NCBI GenBank assembly: GCA_951406725.2
Contig: OX597825.1
Location: forward strand, 10,726,001 to 10,790,000
From: Octopus vulgaris
Lineage: Eukaryota
Direction: 5' to 3'
DNA length: 64,000 bases
The translations under genes were made by a program, and so were the position numbers. This document shows positions 38,159 to 50,438 of this stretch, piece after piece (the first letter of the stretch is position 1; each line of letters opens with the position of its first letter). The notes under the pieces are model-generated. The model made no database searches and was not told the origin of the DNA. It saw only the letters and a list, made by a program, of their open reading frames with translations.

Positions 38159-38387
38159 AAAATTTAATAAAATCTAATCATAAGTGAGTGAAATTATGCT
38201 AAATCCAACTAAATCGAAAACCTTTTTCCCCCTGGCTATATCAGCAATTCTGAAAACTTTTGGGTGCGAATTTTACAGGAGCATAAGCTTTTTTTAACAA
38301 TTTTTAACCTGAAAATCACCTTCGTAAATCACACAGGTGCACAAATTACATGGCTTTTCACAGTATATATCTAAGAAACAAAAAGGA

Positions 38388-38625
38388 TAACATTATTTGC
38401 ATTTGATGGATATTTGTCCTCATCTTGTTTGTTATTAACACAATGCTTCGGCTGATATACCCTCCAGTATTCGTCAGGTGTCTTGGGGGAAATCTCAAAC
38501 CTGAGTTCTCATTCCTAAGGTTTTTTCCGATGTTATTATTACTATTATTCAGGTCACTGCCTGGAATCAAACTCAGAATCTTGGGGTTAGTAACCCGCGC
38601 TCTTAACCACTACACCACATACCCA
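38388..38625 (-). mobile_element. Single copy of tRNA-headed hammerhead element
   Basis: Head rc gggtatgtggtgtagtggttaagagcgcgggttactaaccc...; core rc gacac-CTGACGA-a..ctg..cagcc-GAAg at 38437-38482. Confidence 0.8.
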
Positions 38626-39229
38626 TGTGATAACCTTTTACTTCTAAGGGACCTGAATACTGGTGGAGAATGGAAAGGAGTTGAATAAATGATACCTCCT
38701 CTAATGTCCCCTCTCCCCTCAAGATTTTTGGCAGGGCCACACAGTACCTTGCAAGACAGTGTAGGTGCCACACAAAAAGTATCCAGTCCACATTGTAAAG
38801 TAGTTGGCATTTGGAAGGGCATCCAACTGTAAAAACCTGGCCAAAATTGACCTCGCCTATGCTGGTGTCATGTAAAAAGCACTAAGTCCACTCTGCCGAG
38901 TGGCTGGTGTTAGGAAGGAGATCCAGTTGTAAAAACCATGCCAAAACACACAGACATCTGGTGTGGGCTCAAGCCTGGCCAGCTCCTGTCAAACCGTCCA
39001 ACCCATGCCAGCATGGAAGGCAGACGATGATGTGAGGAATTTGACACAAACGAACCCAGGTCCCAAGTCTTTGGGGGATGTAATATAAACCATTGTTTCT
39101 CTGTCCATCCTTCACATGATCAGATCAAAATAATTTTCAAGTGATTTATTTATTTATCTTTTAGTCAAGAGGGAAGGCAGTCCCCGTAATACAACCACCA
39201 GGTTTCAGGCAAGAATTTGAAAATATACT

Positions 39230-39551
39230 GGCCTTCGTGCCGGTGGCACATAAAAGGCACCATCCGATTGTGGCCGTTGCCAGCCCCGTCTGACTCCTGT
39301 GCCGATGGCACGTAAAAAGCACCATCCGATCGTGGCCGTTTGCCAGCCTCGTCTGGCACCTGTGCAGGTGGCACATAAAAAGCATCCACTACACTCACGG
39401 AGTGGTTGGCGTTAGGAAGGGCATCCAGCTGTAGAAACACTACCAGATCAGATTGGTCCTGGCGCAGCCTACTGGCTCCCCAGACCCCGGTCAAACTGTC
39501 CAACCCATGCTAGCATGGAAAACGGACGTTAAACGATGATGATGATGATGA
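39230..39551 (+). mobile_element. SINE family C
   Basis: Three internal ggcac..taaaa.gcacc units, family C core and (GAT)n tail. Confidence 0.88.
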
Positions 39552-39594
39552 CATACATATGTGGTTGTGTGCTAAGTTTCATTCCCAACTTAGC

Positions 39595-39670
39595 GTGTAT
39601 GTGCACACGCACGCAGCTGTATATGCATGCACTAGCACTATGACCTGGCAACGCCGGGTCACAGTGCTAG
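39595..39670 (+). mobile_element. 3' end of the Helitron-like family seen at 17026-17395
   Basis: gcagctgtatatgcatgcactagcactatgacc...acagtgCTAG|t. Confidence 0.7.
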
Positions 39671-39844
39671 TAAGTTATAAGATATATACAAATATATAAA
39701 AACACTGCACTCATTATTATATTAGGAGATTAGAATGTATTAGAAAAATGATGACAATGATGATGATGATATATTTTATGGTTGATGTTTCAGAATGAGC
39801 AATGTTTTTCAATTTGATGAGTTATCACAGTTTACAGTTTCCAC

Positions 39845-40224
39845 TTAGAGTTGTTCATGGTTGGACTCAACTATCGGTAGAGCACGTCTTACAAAACAAG
39901 CCACAAAGAAACCATTAGTTTTATCAATTTCTGATGTGAACCGTAGGCAATACTTAGAACACTGATATCCCTCTAAGCCACGGTGAGGAAAGTCTGGCAT
40001 AATTTCCTCCAGGCAATATTCCTTCTGGAACCTTTCAAAGATTGTATCGATGACTTGTTCGTTTTCTTCTGGGAAGACAGAACACGTGGAATAAACGACT
40101 CTTTTAACACCGGGGAAGCTGAGTGCATGTCTCAGTAAATTTCTCTGAATAAAATACAGTTTCTGTAAGCGGTCGCTGGTTGTAGGATTACTGTCAAGTA
40201 CATTGTCCATTCTGGAAATTATGC
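39845..40224 (-). CDS. NSUN5: NSUN5 exon 8 (last coding exon)
   Basis: IISRMDN...HALSFPGVKRVVYSTCSVFPEENEQV...PHRGL...GFFVACFVR; catalytic TC motif; acceptor tctccAG, phase 1. Confidence 0.92.
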
Positions 40225-42356
40225 CTGGAGAAAAGGAGATAGAAAACAAGATAAGATGAATTCCTCATCAATAAATGTGTTCAACCACACATTTATAAAT
40301 CATATTGGTTTAACATGATCAACACAAGTTACAGTGTCTACGAGTTAGCCCTTTACAGGGCGGCTAAATCTGATAGAAACAAGTCAAATCAGTAGTCTCT
40401 CTTGTAATTTGTCTCACCAGGAAGAGGATATCAGTTGACCCCTGCTCTAACACAAATCTGCACTACACTTGATCTAAGGAAATTTCCTTCCTAATTAGCT
40501 GTTTGAGAACTCTTTCTCTTACTGCCATAACATCATCATTTGAGTTCTTGGTTAGACATCTTGACAGGAGCTGGCAAGGACAGGGTCCACACCAGGTCCC
40601 TAAGTCAATTTTGGCTTGGTTTCTAAAGCCTGATGCCCTTCCTAATGCCAACCACCTTACAGAGTGTACTGGGTGCTTTTCACATTGTACTATCACCAGT
40701 GGTTTTCCTGTGACACCAGCACCCACACCAATGCTGTTTATGTGGCACCTTGGTTTTAGGATCCAAATTCCGTTATAATGCGTGGGTGGGGCTTCTTGAG
40801 CGCAGCAATATCGATTTTATGCTTTTTGTAGTTTCTTACTTCTAGCAACATTTGTTTCCCCCTTTAATAAGTTATTGATGAGATTGCTCTATTGCTAATC
40901 ATTTTGAATAACCCCTTCTTTTACTTCCTGATTAACAAAATCATAAACTAATGAGTATCCTTCCTTTATTAAATATTTACAACATTTCCGGGTCTGCGTC
41001 TAACCTTCATAACCTTAATAGCCATTTCCAATGTATTGCCATCAAATTCAAATAACTGATCCCTATGAAGGGTTTAATTGGGGTCCTTCCTCTTCTCCTA
41101 AGCATTCTCCTTAATCAGTACCTCTCTTAATAGCATCTCAATGCCTTTGTCTGTCAGTGAGGGCAAGTGTACCAATTCCATTAAAAACTCAATCTATTGT
41201 CAACCATAAATGAGTGTGATTTGATAAGAACGTACCACCATACCTTTGGTGATTGATTTAGGGCTCTATAGAACTGTAATCAGACAAACATACCCTTACT
41301 CTTTCCTTCCCTTCACCCAGAACACCTAGCATATGACCGCTGCACCAATATTAGCCTGGTACTCGTTTACAGGTAAGTAGATTGCTGGAATGTGAAAGGT
41401 GTCTTACTGAAGAACACGACATACTACCCAGTCAAGGAATTGAACCCTTGACCTCATGATTGTGAGCTTCATACACTAGCCATTAGTTCTCCATTAATGG
41501 AACCCTGTTTCATATTGACTTACCAGAGTTTCTCACATTACAGAACATTGGCAAACTTTTTATTTTCAATGTCTACTTCTCTCCTTGCTTAACTTAAAGT
41601 CTAACCTTCTCTTCTAGGCATGTCTGGCCCTATGCTTTCCCCACTTTCTTCCAAACTGAAATACAGATCTTTCAAGAAAAAAGTTCCATTTGTAGATCCG
41701 GTCAGAGGTTCATAACAGGTTGTCATGGAAAATCGACCTGTTGTCTTCTATGTTATAGACCTTTATCTCCTTTCAAACATATGTATCAGCTAGCACTTCT
41801 TTGAAACCCATGTCTGCTAAGCATTAAGACTGCATGTTCGCTTCAATCCAAAAATAATCCCCAAAACTATCTTAACGACAGTAACACAGAAAAATGGTGA
41901 ACACAAAGTTACAAAAGAAAATACTTACAAAATATTCACAGAGAGAAAAATATAAGGGAGGTAACTGCTTTATCGAGTTTTAACGCAAATTTTAATTTAT
42001 CTTTAATGAATTTAGACTTATAGTATAAGCCTTTTATGCTGATGTTGGCTAAATAATGTAATTTTTAACAGAAAAGTAATTAAGATAGTCATACATTCAA
42101 TGTCTTCTATTAATAAAGATCAAAAAATTTTCCAAAGAAAAACGATGAAAAGTTAAAATTTCCTAATATATAAAGATGTGTAGAGAAAGATAATTCATTT
42201 AAAACATCAGTTTTAGACAATTAAGGTAGGATTGAGCCAAAAAATAAACAAATTTTTTATACCGAATTTGAAGAGAAAAGTGAATTCCACCAGGACTTCT
42301 CTTGGAGTTTGCACAGCTAAACCCTGCATTAGCAAGTAAAATGACCCCAAAAGGTT

Positions 42357-43017
42357 TTGGAGAATTCTGCTTTATGCAAGCCATATAACTCTTCATAACT
42401 TTTCTTATTTTTTAGAATTTTCAGAAAATTTTTGTGAATTTGTGTTCTACACGTGGGAATTCATACGATTATGCAAAAGCGAAAATAACAAAGAAATTTT
42501 GGTGCCTGATTTAAGGTCTATTTAGCTGTTATTTTTAGCACATCTCATAATCACCTCATACCCTCCGCGTTCGTTTGTCAGTCAGATGTATTGATGTTTT
42601 TCAATATCTTTCTCTCCATAAACATTTTAAAGAGATTTTTGCTGGGATTTAAGCCCAAAATTTGGATTGTCCATATTTTAAACTGTGATTTAAAAAGAAA
42701 AAAATTCGATAAATTAACCAAAGAATTAAGAAAAAAAAATTTTTTCTCCCACTTCACTCACGGAGTGGTTGGCGTTAGGAAGGGCATCCAGCCCTAGAAA
42801 CACTGCCAGATCAGACTGGGCCTGATGTGGCCTTCTGGCTTCACAGACCCCAGTTGAACCGTCCAACTCATGCTAGCATGGAAAACGGACGCTAAATGAT
42901 GATGATGATGATGTGCTAATTCCCATGTGAAGAATACAAATTCACAAAAATGTTCTCAAAATTCCAAAAAATAAAAGTTACAAGGGGTTATATGGCATGC
43001 TTAAAGCAGAACTCCAC
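42357..43017. mobile_element. Foldback/MITE with ~100-bp inverted arms, carrying a family C SINE (~42752-42912)
   Basis: ttctgctttatgcaagccatataac...gtgggaatt vs aattcccatgtg...gttatatggcatgcttaaagcagaa. Confidence 0.65.
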
Positions 43018-43163
43018 CAAAGTCCCCTGTTCTCTATATTTGTGCCCTCACTTTGTTATATCCAAAGATATACATCATCAAAACAGCTGTCATTCTTTGT
43101 GGTTTTGAAAACAAAAAAAGAGATTGTATTTAGAGATAAACTAAAACGTGATTGAGATCATAC

Positions 43164-43342
43164 CTGATCCAGTACATGATGGATCCACCAGAATGAATTC
43201 CACATCTTTAAATCGAGGGTCAGCAGGATCTAACATCATAAAATCTTCCCAGATAGTTTCAACAATCTCACTGCCTGTCTTTGTAATGAAATCTTTTAAA
43301 GTCTCCATTCGACGTGCATCCCTTTCAATAGCATAAATTTTT
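43164..43342 (-). CDS. NSUN5: NSUN5 exon 7
   Basis: KIYAIERDARRM...EDF...DPRFKDVEFILVDPSCTGSG (motif IV Cys); phases 2/1 fit neighbours. Confidence 0.93.
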
Positions 43343-43455
43343 CTGCCAAATGAAGAATATAAGCAAATCAGATAAACAAAGTTAAAAGATAATTGCAAAT
43401 TAAAGCTACTCCATAAATGTAATTTGTACGAAATTTGTTTTATTTTATATGCTAA

Positions 43456-43825
43456 CTAGCACTATGACCCGGCAACGCAGTGCTAGTGCATGCATATACA
43501 GCTGCGTGCGTGCGCACATACACGCGAGTACTGTCCAAATCTCTGACCAATCACATACAGCGAGCTGGCATTCAATTGGCGTATCAAGTTTCGGGCATTT
43601 TGATTGGGTTTTGGATAGAAAATTCACAAAAAGGTCACTTCTATTGATTTTTTAATGGCTTTGCGGGGTGACTGGGTAAATGTAAAGATGTGCACGACCA
43701 CCCTTGGACGGTTTTGAATGACCATAGAAAGTGCAAGCCCTCTAATTGAAAAATTGTTGATTTGTATAAAGGACACGTGCACACACACAAAGAGACAGAC
43801 ATTTTACCGTTTATATATATAGAGA
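43456..43825 (-). mobile_element. Non-autonomous Helitron-like element (NSUN5 intron 6)
   Basis: Inverted near-copy of 17026-17395 with TC...CTAG termini. Confidence 0.8.
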
Positions 43826-44240
43826 TTTCCCACAAGTGGTAAACTATAGCCAAACAACAAATATGTGTTTCACTATTTTAAATAAAAAAGATTTTGTGCT
43901 GATATGTTTTAATCCAGTAGCATTTAACCCCTTCGTTACTTTACATCCCTGTAACTTAGCAGTTCAGCAAAAGAGACTGATAGAATAAGTACTAGGCTTA
44001 CAAAGAATAAGTTCCGGGGTCGATTTGCTCGACTAAAGGCAGTGCTCCAGCATGGCCACAGTCAAATGACTGAAACAAGTAAAGAGAGTAATCTAGTGAA
44101 CTGGTAGAATTATTAAAGTGCCAGACCAGATGCCTGGCAGTTTTTATTCCTGTTATTTGGTTCTGGGTTCAAGCCTGCTGTGGCCTACTGACCCCCATAG
44201 AATTCAAAGAAGGAAGACGGAGAAGACGTGGTGGTGAGAC

Positions 44241-44530
44241 TATCATCATCATTTAGCGTCTGCTTTCCATGCTAGCATGGGTTGGACGGTTCAACTGGGG
44301 TCTGGGAAGCCAGGAGGCTGCACCAGGCTCCAGTCTGATCTGGCAGTGTTTCTACAGCTGGATGCCCTTCCTAACGCCAACCACTCCGTGAGTGTAGTGG
44401 TGCTTTTTACGTGTCACCGGCACAGGTGCCAGATGAGGCTGGCAAACGACCACGGACGGATGGTGCTTTTTACGTGCCACCGGCACGGGGGCCAGGCATG
44501 GCTGGCAACGGCCACGATCGGATGGTGCTT
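44241..44530 (-). mobile_element. SINE family C
   Basis: Family C core. Confidence 0.88.
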
Positions 44531-44595
44531 ATTTGATGGAAGGAATTTCGATTAAATGCTATTGTGAAGAGATTAGACAATAATAATTCTTCTTA

Positions 44596-44712
<117 letters not shown>

Positions 44713-44825
44713 CTACAAAAAAATAAAATAAAAATAAAAACACAAGTAAAACAATATTTGAAGAATCAAAACTATTCGAAAACTTTTTAACAAAGACAAA
44801 AGCAGCAGCTGACAATTCTGCCATA

Positions 44826-45200
44826 GGTGCAGGAGTGGCTGTGTGGTAAGTAGCTTACTTACGAACCACATGGTTCCGGGTTCATTCCCACTGCGTGGCA
44901 CCTTGGGCAAAGTGTCTTCTACTATAGCCTTGGGCCGACCAATGCCTTGTGAGTGGATTTGGTAGACGGAAACTGAAAGCCCATCGTGTATATATGTCTG
45001 TGTGTCTGTGTTTGTCCCTCCAACGTTGCTTGACAACCGATGTCGGTGTGTTTACGTCCCTGTAACTTAGTGGTTCGGCAAAAGAGACCGATAGAATAAG
45101 TACTAGGCTTCCAAAGAATAAGTCCTGGGGTCGATTTGTTCGACTAAAGGCGGTGCTCCAGCATGGCCACAGTCAAATGACTGAAACAAGTAAAAGAGAG
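44826..45200 (+). mobile_element. SINE family A, full length
   Basis: Family A consensus. Confidence 0.9.
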
Positions 45201-45340
45201 TTTGCCTTAGTTTATATATTTCCAGTAATAATGGATTCAAATTTTAGCACAAGTGTAACTGGATTAGGAGAATCGGTAGAGCTTTGGGAAACTGTAGGGG
45301 TAGCAAGGATTCCAAAGTCAACAAGAAATGAGTTACTTAC

Positions 45341-45482
45341 TTTTTCTTGCAAAACTATTTTCCCGGACAAAAACAACGGATGTTCGTGGAATTCAGAACC
45401 AGCTGGAAAAACCAGGAGTGTAGGGATGTGAAGATCTCGCAGAAATTCACCAGAATTCATAAATTCTATGGCATTAAGAAAC
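45341..45482 (-). CDS. NSUN5: NSUN5 exon 5
   Basis: FLRDLHIPTLLVFPAGSEFHEHPLFLSGKIVLQEK matches the NSUN5 LLVFP..HEHPL..G..ILQD block; AAA|gtaagt donor. Confidence 0.93.
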
Positions 45483-46087
45483 CTGAAAATCAGCAAGATA
45501 AGCAAGGGTATGAGAGCAGAACAGTAGTAAAGATTAAACAAACTTTGGCGGCATCAACATGGTTCTCTGTCCAATCACACTGTGTGGTACCATCAACAAG
45601 GGTTTTCTTTTCATTACCAAGATCAATTCGTGACTGGCATCCATGCTAGCGGGGTGCAAAGAGCACCATACAAGTGTGATCGTTGACAGAGTGGCTAACC
45701 GGCTTCCGTGCAGTGGCACATAAAAGGGCACCATTCAAGTGTGATCGTTACCAGCGTCGCCTTACTGGCACTTGTGCATGTGCTAGTAGGGTGCTAATCC
45801 GAGCGTGATCGTTGCCAGAGCAGCCAACTGGCTTCCGTACCCATGGAACGTAAAAGGGCACCATTCAAGCGTGATCGTTACCAACGTCGCTTCACTGGCA
45901 CGTGTAAAAACATTCGAGCAAGGTCGTTGCCAGTACCACCTGATTGGCCCCGTGCTGGTGGCACATAAAAAGCACCCACTACACTCTCGGAGTGGTTGGC
46001 GTTGGCACTTAATAACTGAAGAAGAAGAAGAAGAAAAAGAAATAATAATAATAATTCTAACTCTTTTATAGATGTGAAGAAACTTAC

Positions 46088-46208
46088 TCTTCATAAGTTT
46101 TTCCTTTCCGGTGGATCCTTTTGTAGCCGTTTTCTTTAAATATTGAGCAAACAGCTTTTGTTCTCACCTTGAGAGTATTGACACGGATATACCTGGGTAG
46201 AGTCAGCA
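46088..46208 (-). CDS. NSUN5: NSUN5 exon 4
   Basis: LTLPRYIRVNTLKVRTKAVCSIFKENGY (LPR.VRVNTLK motif); tctcAG acceptor, GA|gtaagt donor. Confidence 0.93.
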
Positions 46209-46260
46209 CTGAGATATACAAAATTACAGTTTAAGTTATTTTTCACACACACACACACAT

Positions 46261-46290
<30 letters not shown>

Positions 46291-46295
<5 letters not shown>

Positions 46296-46474
46296 ATCCA
46301 AACAAGAAAACACAAGCGAGGACATGGAACAAATATGGTATTATTGGACGCTCAGGAAAGAAGGAGGGTTTAACGTTTCGAGCGGAGCTCTTCGTCGGAA
46401 ACATAGGAGAAGGAAAGATCCAGAGAAGGGAAGACAGAGGGAAAAAAAATCGCCAACGGTACACACGAGGTCAC
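46291..46474 (-). mobile_element. Short element in a (TA)n tract carrying a hammerhead motif (Penelope/retrozyme-like)
   Basis: ~180 bp between two (TA)n runs; hammerhead core at 46368-46402. Confidence 0.65.
46368..46402 (-). ncRNA. Minimal type I hammerhead ribozyme motif (U4C variant)
   Basis: rc GTTT-CCGACGA-a-GAGC-tcc-GCTC-GAAACGTT-AAAC: stems I and II pair perfectly; palindromic AACGTT stem III. Confidence 0.65.
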
Positions 46475-46478
46475 ATAT

Positions 46479-46520
<42 letters not shown>

Positions 46521-47240
46521 TATACATATACATCAACATCCTGCTAGGAGGAGGGGAGAGAGAGTGAGAGTAAAAAATGTGTACATACACAAGTATATGT
46601 GTATATACTTGTGTATATACTTGTGTATGCATCATCTCGAGTGTGGCAGCTGGCAATGGCCGTTTACAAGATTCTGTCCTAAGAGTGAGTAAGGCATCAC
46701 AATGCAGTGAATGCAACGCATTTTCTACTGCACAGATTGGAACAATGTGAAATGGAATGCCTTGCTCAAGAGCACAATGTGATGCTTAATCCAAGAATTG
46801 ATCCCATGACCAGGTAATAAGTTCAACAGCCACACATTCGCAACATACACTTATACACACATACTCCTATGACTGTTTAAGAATACGAACCAAAGGGAGC
46901 TGCTGTGTAATTTGCTCAACCGGAAAATGAGAGCTAAAACTTTCTTTGGACAAGATGATTGTTGTATTGTAGGCAACACTACCACACTATCTCGGTCAGA
47001 GGTTTTCATCAGGGCCCATATGGTCTTTGGAGGCCCGTATAAAATTTTGTTGTGCCAATTTCAGTGTTAAATGTGATGTCCGAGTTTACATAGTTCAAAT
47101 ATAATTTTACCGTCCATGTGTTTTACAATAATTTCTTGACCATTTCTGCTCAACGGTTGCCCTACTCCAACAGAATATCAGTTAAAAAAAACAAAAAACA
47201 AGACATCCATATAAAAAGAAGTATAACATGTCCAACATAC

Positions 47241-47349
47241 CACTTGCATTATCACAGGTCAGTAATTCTTTCACATCATCAATACCTTTTTCTTTCATTA
47301 ACAATTCACAGTGGTTATTGATTTTGTCTCGATATTTCCTCATAACATT
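47241..47349 (-). CDS. NSUN5: NSUN5 exon 3
   Basis: NVMRKYRDKINNHCELLMKEKGIDDVKELLTCDNAS; tttcAG acceptor, G|gtatgt donor; phases 0/1 bridge exons 2 and 4. Confidence 0.82.
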
Positions 47350-47679
47350 CTGAAATTGAACAACAACAATTTCTTTTTAATCCTTTCTTTACCATATTTC
47401 TGCTGAAATATATAACCATTTGTTTCAATTAAATTTTAAAATAATTAAGAATTTAGCACAATAATTTTGTAATTATTAAGCTCATGCTTGTAGCTTTAGC
47501 ATTTAACCCTTTCGTTACTGTATTTATTTTGAGATGCTCTGTGTTTCTTTCAATTACTTTAAATATAACAAAGAATTTAGTAAAATAACTTTGTTATCAT
47601 TCAGCTGGTGTTAGGATCATAAATTGTGACTAAGGTTTGGTGGAAGATTTTAATTCAAAACTTATGAAAACAAGACATT

Positions 47680-47924
47680 TGTGGCTGTGTGGTAAGTAGC
47701 TTGTTTACCAACCACATGGTTCCAGGTTCAGTCCCACTGCGTGGCACCTTGGGCAAGTGTCTTCTACTATAGCCTCGGGCCGACCAAAGCCTTGTGAGTG
47801 GATTTGGTAGACGGAAACTGAAAAGAAGCCCATCGTATATATGTATATATATATGCATATGTGTGTTTCCCTAGCATTGCTTGACAACCGATGCTGGTGT
47901 GTTTACGTCCCCATTACTTAGCGA
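47680..47924 (+). mobile_element. SINE family A, truncated
   Basis: Family A consensus. Confidence 0.85.
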
Positions 47925-48242
47925 TGGACTTCTTTCAGTTTCCATCTATCAAATCTACTCACAAGACTTTGGTTAGCCCAGGGCTACAGTACAAGACATT
48001 TGCCCAAAGTATTATGCAGAAGAACTGAACTTTAAAATCCATGTTGTTAGACCACAGAGCCACAACTACATGGAAAATTCTTAACATGTATCCTGCTATT
48101 CATTAATCTCACATTATCATATAGTTGTTATTGTTGCAGTTGACAAGAGATGCTTTGCTCACAGTCTAACGAGGAAAAAACAAATTTATGTGGAAAAAAA
48201 AAAGAAAAACAAAAAGTCTCAGCAGAAGGTAAAATACTCAAC

Positions 48243-48431
48243 TTTAAACCGTCTGGAACCACAGATACCTTTACCAAAAATTTTGTCATACAGCAGCAAT
48301 TGTAAAAGTGGCATATTTTGTCGTAAGGCATAAGTCTCATTGTTCAGAATATTCAGAGAAGTTGCTATTTCATGAAGAATGTTTTTGTGTTTTAAACCTT
48401 GACAAACTAAAGCGAAGAGTTTCCTCTTGTT
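48243..48431 (-). CDS. NSUN5: NSUN5 exon 2
   Basis: NKRKLFALVCQGLK...LLLYDKIFGKGICGSRRFK parallels the NSUN5 N-terminal LYALVCET...LVYELLLGKG; ttccAG acceptor; donor AAA|gttgag. Confidence 0.88.
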
Positions 48432-48480
48432 CTGGAAAGAAAAAGAAAACAAAGGCAGAGTTTTGGTTAAATTAAAAATA

Positions 48481-49050
48481 TATTGGGTTGTCCGGAAAGT
48501 TTGTGCCAATTTTTAAAGGAAAGAAAAAGGTCAATAAATACTTGCCATTACATTTTTAATCAACCAAATATGAACCATTTTGTTGCACAATGCATCTCCA
48601 TTTTTCCTTTAACTTGAAAATACCCTCTTCCCAGAATTGAGGTGCTTTCATGGCAAAGAATTTATCAAGGTATCTTTTTACGTCATCCAAGGAATTGAAA
48701 TTTTTGCCATTAACACTATTCTGCAGAGACCTGAATAAGTGGAAATCCGAAGGAGCAATATCTGGTGAATATGGAGGGTGGGGTAACAAATCCCAGCCGA
48801 GCTGCAGCAATTTTTGTCTGGTTCCCAGTGCATCAAGTGCCGAAAATGAACTTTCTTATCTTCAATTTTAAAGGGTTACAGAATTAATGCAGGTTATAGG
48901 AACATAAACCTTCTTCCATGAAAAGATAGCTTAAACTGTGCTCTAAATAGAGTTGTAGTCAAATCCTCTTTTATGGACTCGATCATGTTCTAAAATAAGT
49001 CAAAAGGTAAGCTACTATAAATCGGCATGAACTTTCCAGACAACCCAATA
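48481..49050 (-). mobile_element. Internally deleted mariner element (NSUN5 intron 1)
   Basis: TIRs TATTGGGTTGTCCGGAAAGTT / AACTTTCCAGACAACCCAATA with TA TSD; ORF 48556-48810 LPHPPYSPDIAPSDFHLFRSLQN. Confidence 0.92.
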
Positions 49051-49644
49051 TTTATAGCACAGAAAGTCTCGCCTACCCTTTTATTTCTTTGGGTGATGGG
49101 TGCACAATGCTACCCAGTTCAACAGCATTATCATGCTTTTAAGAGTCTTTAGTAGGTTTGATCTGTTGCAAACATCCAGAGTGGTCCTTTGGTTTGAGGA
49201 TTTTTGACCTATCTATGCAGCATACCCCCTCCACAAAAGTAGATCCAAACATTTTAGCCAATTTTCCCTTCCTTTCTCAAACATCCAAGTAACTTCCATT
49301 TACTCCAACCCAAAATCTCCCTCCCACATTTCCAGCCAAAAAGTGTTGAGGGCTTGATGTACTAAAAATTCATCATAGCATACCCTGTTTGAGCATATGC
49401 ACAGGGCTCAATTTGAACAAATCTGTTTAATTGGCTTAAAACCAGCCCTGCTGATACTATTAGTCAAAACTCCGAGCAGAAAAGAAACAAAGTAGATACG
49501 GTGCCCCAGCATGGCCATAGTCCAAATGAATGAAACGAGTAAAAAAATCAAAATTAGCAACAATTCGCCAAAAGCATAGAAGTAACAACGAAAGAAATTA
49601 ATTAATGACAGAAAATCATTTACTTTCTTTCCTATTAAATTCCT

Positions 49645-49876
49645 ATTTCTTTACTACCCACAAGGGGCTAAACACAGAGAGGACAAACAAGGACAGACAA
49701 ACGGATCAAGTCAATTATATCGACCCCAGTGCGTAACTGGTACTTATTTAATCGACCCCGAAAGGATGAAAGGCAAAGTCGACCTCGGCGGAATTTGAAC
49801 TCACAACGTAACGGCAGACGAAATACTGGTAGGCATTTCGCCCGGCGTGCTAACGATTCTGCCAGCTCGACGCCTT
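49645..49876 (-). mobile_element. SINE family B monomer
   Basis: Reverse complement of family B consensus. Confidence 0.88.
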
Positions 49877-50021
49877 CAATTCCGTTCCAATTAAAGACAC
49901 CAAAAACGGAATTCTAATTCTGTGTTGAATCTCGACCACGTTGGAAAAGAAAGAGGATTTTACAAACTGGTTTGTATTAAGATAAAAGTAAAGAAGTTAT
50001 TAAATCATAAGCAATACTTAC

Positions 50022-50120
50022 TGGATATTCTGACGCATAAACAAGATTTTTGACGTGAGCTTTCTTGGCCAAAGCATTGGTGAAGATCTCAGCCGCGTGA
50101 ACATAGAGATTATCTGCCAT
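50022..50120 (-). CDS. NSUN5: NSUN5 exon 1 (28S rRNA cytosine-C5 methyltransferase; joined CDS 1335 nt, 444 aa)
   Basis: MADNLYVHAAEIF...HVKNLVYASEYP parallels the NSUN5 N-terminus (LY..AA...IK.LVY); CCA|gtaagt donor; all eight exons join in frame. Confidence 0.88.
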
Positions 50121-50438
50121 GCTTGGAGGCAACGTGGGAAATGTTTCGCTGAGACCGGCGGTGTAGCAGCAATCATGTTCCCAGCAAAACATAAACACCT
50201 CCAGTCAACGACAGGCCCTCTACTTAGTCGCTCAACGTTGAAATAACAGCCAAATTCCCTCAAATCATTTCACCGTCTTTACAAAAGAAGGTTGCATTGG
50301 ACAGTCCGTGACATAGGAAATGACCAGATGGTCACTGCTCAAATGTCTACAGGATTAGAAGTGAGGCGGAAATATTCCTGCTACAGGACTCTCTTGTTAA
50401 CGAAAGAACCGGTATTGATGGTGAATTGAACAAAATGA

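Noticed and set aside
38553-38625. Possible tRNA-Ser(ACT) gene
   Set aside because: No acceptor-stem pairing; it is the head of a repeat (also at ~7328-7400).
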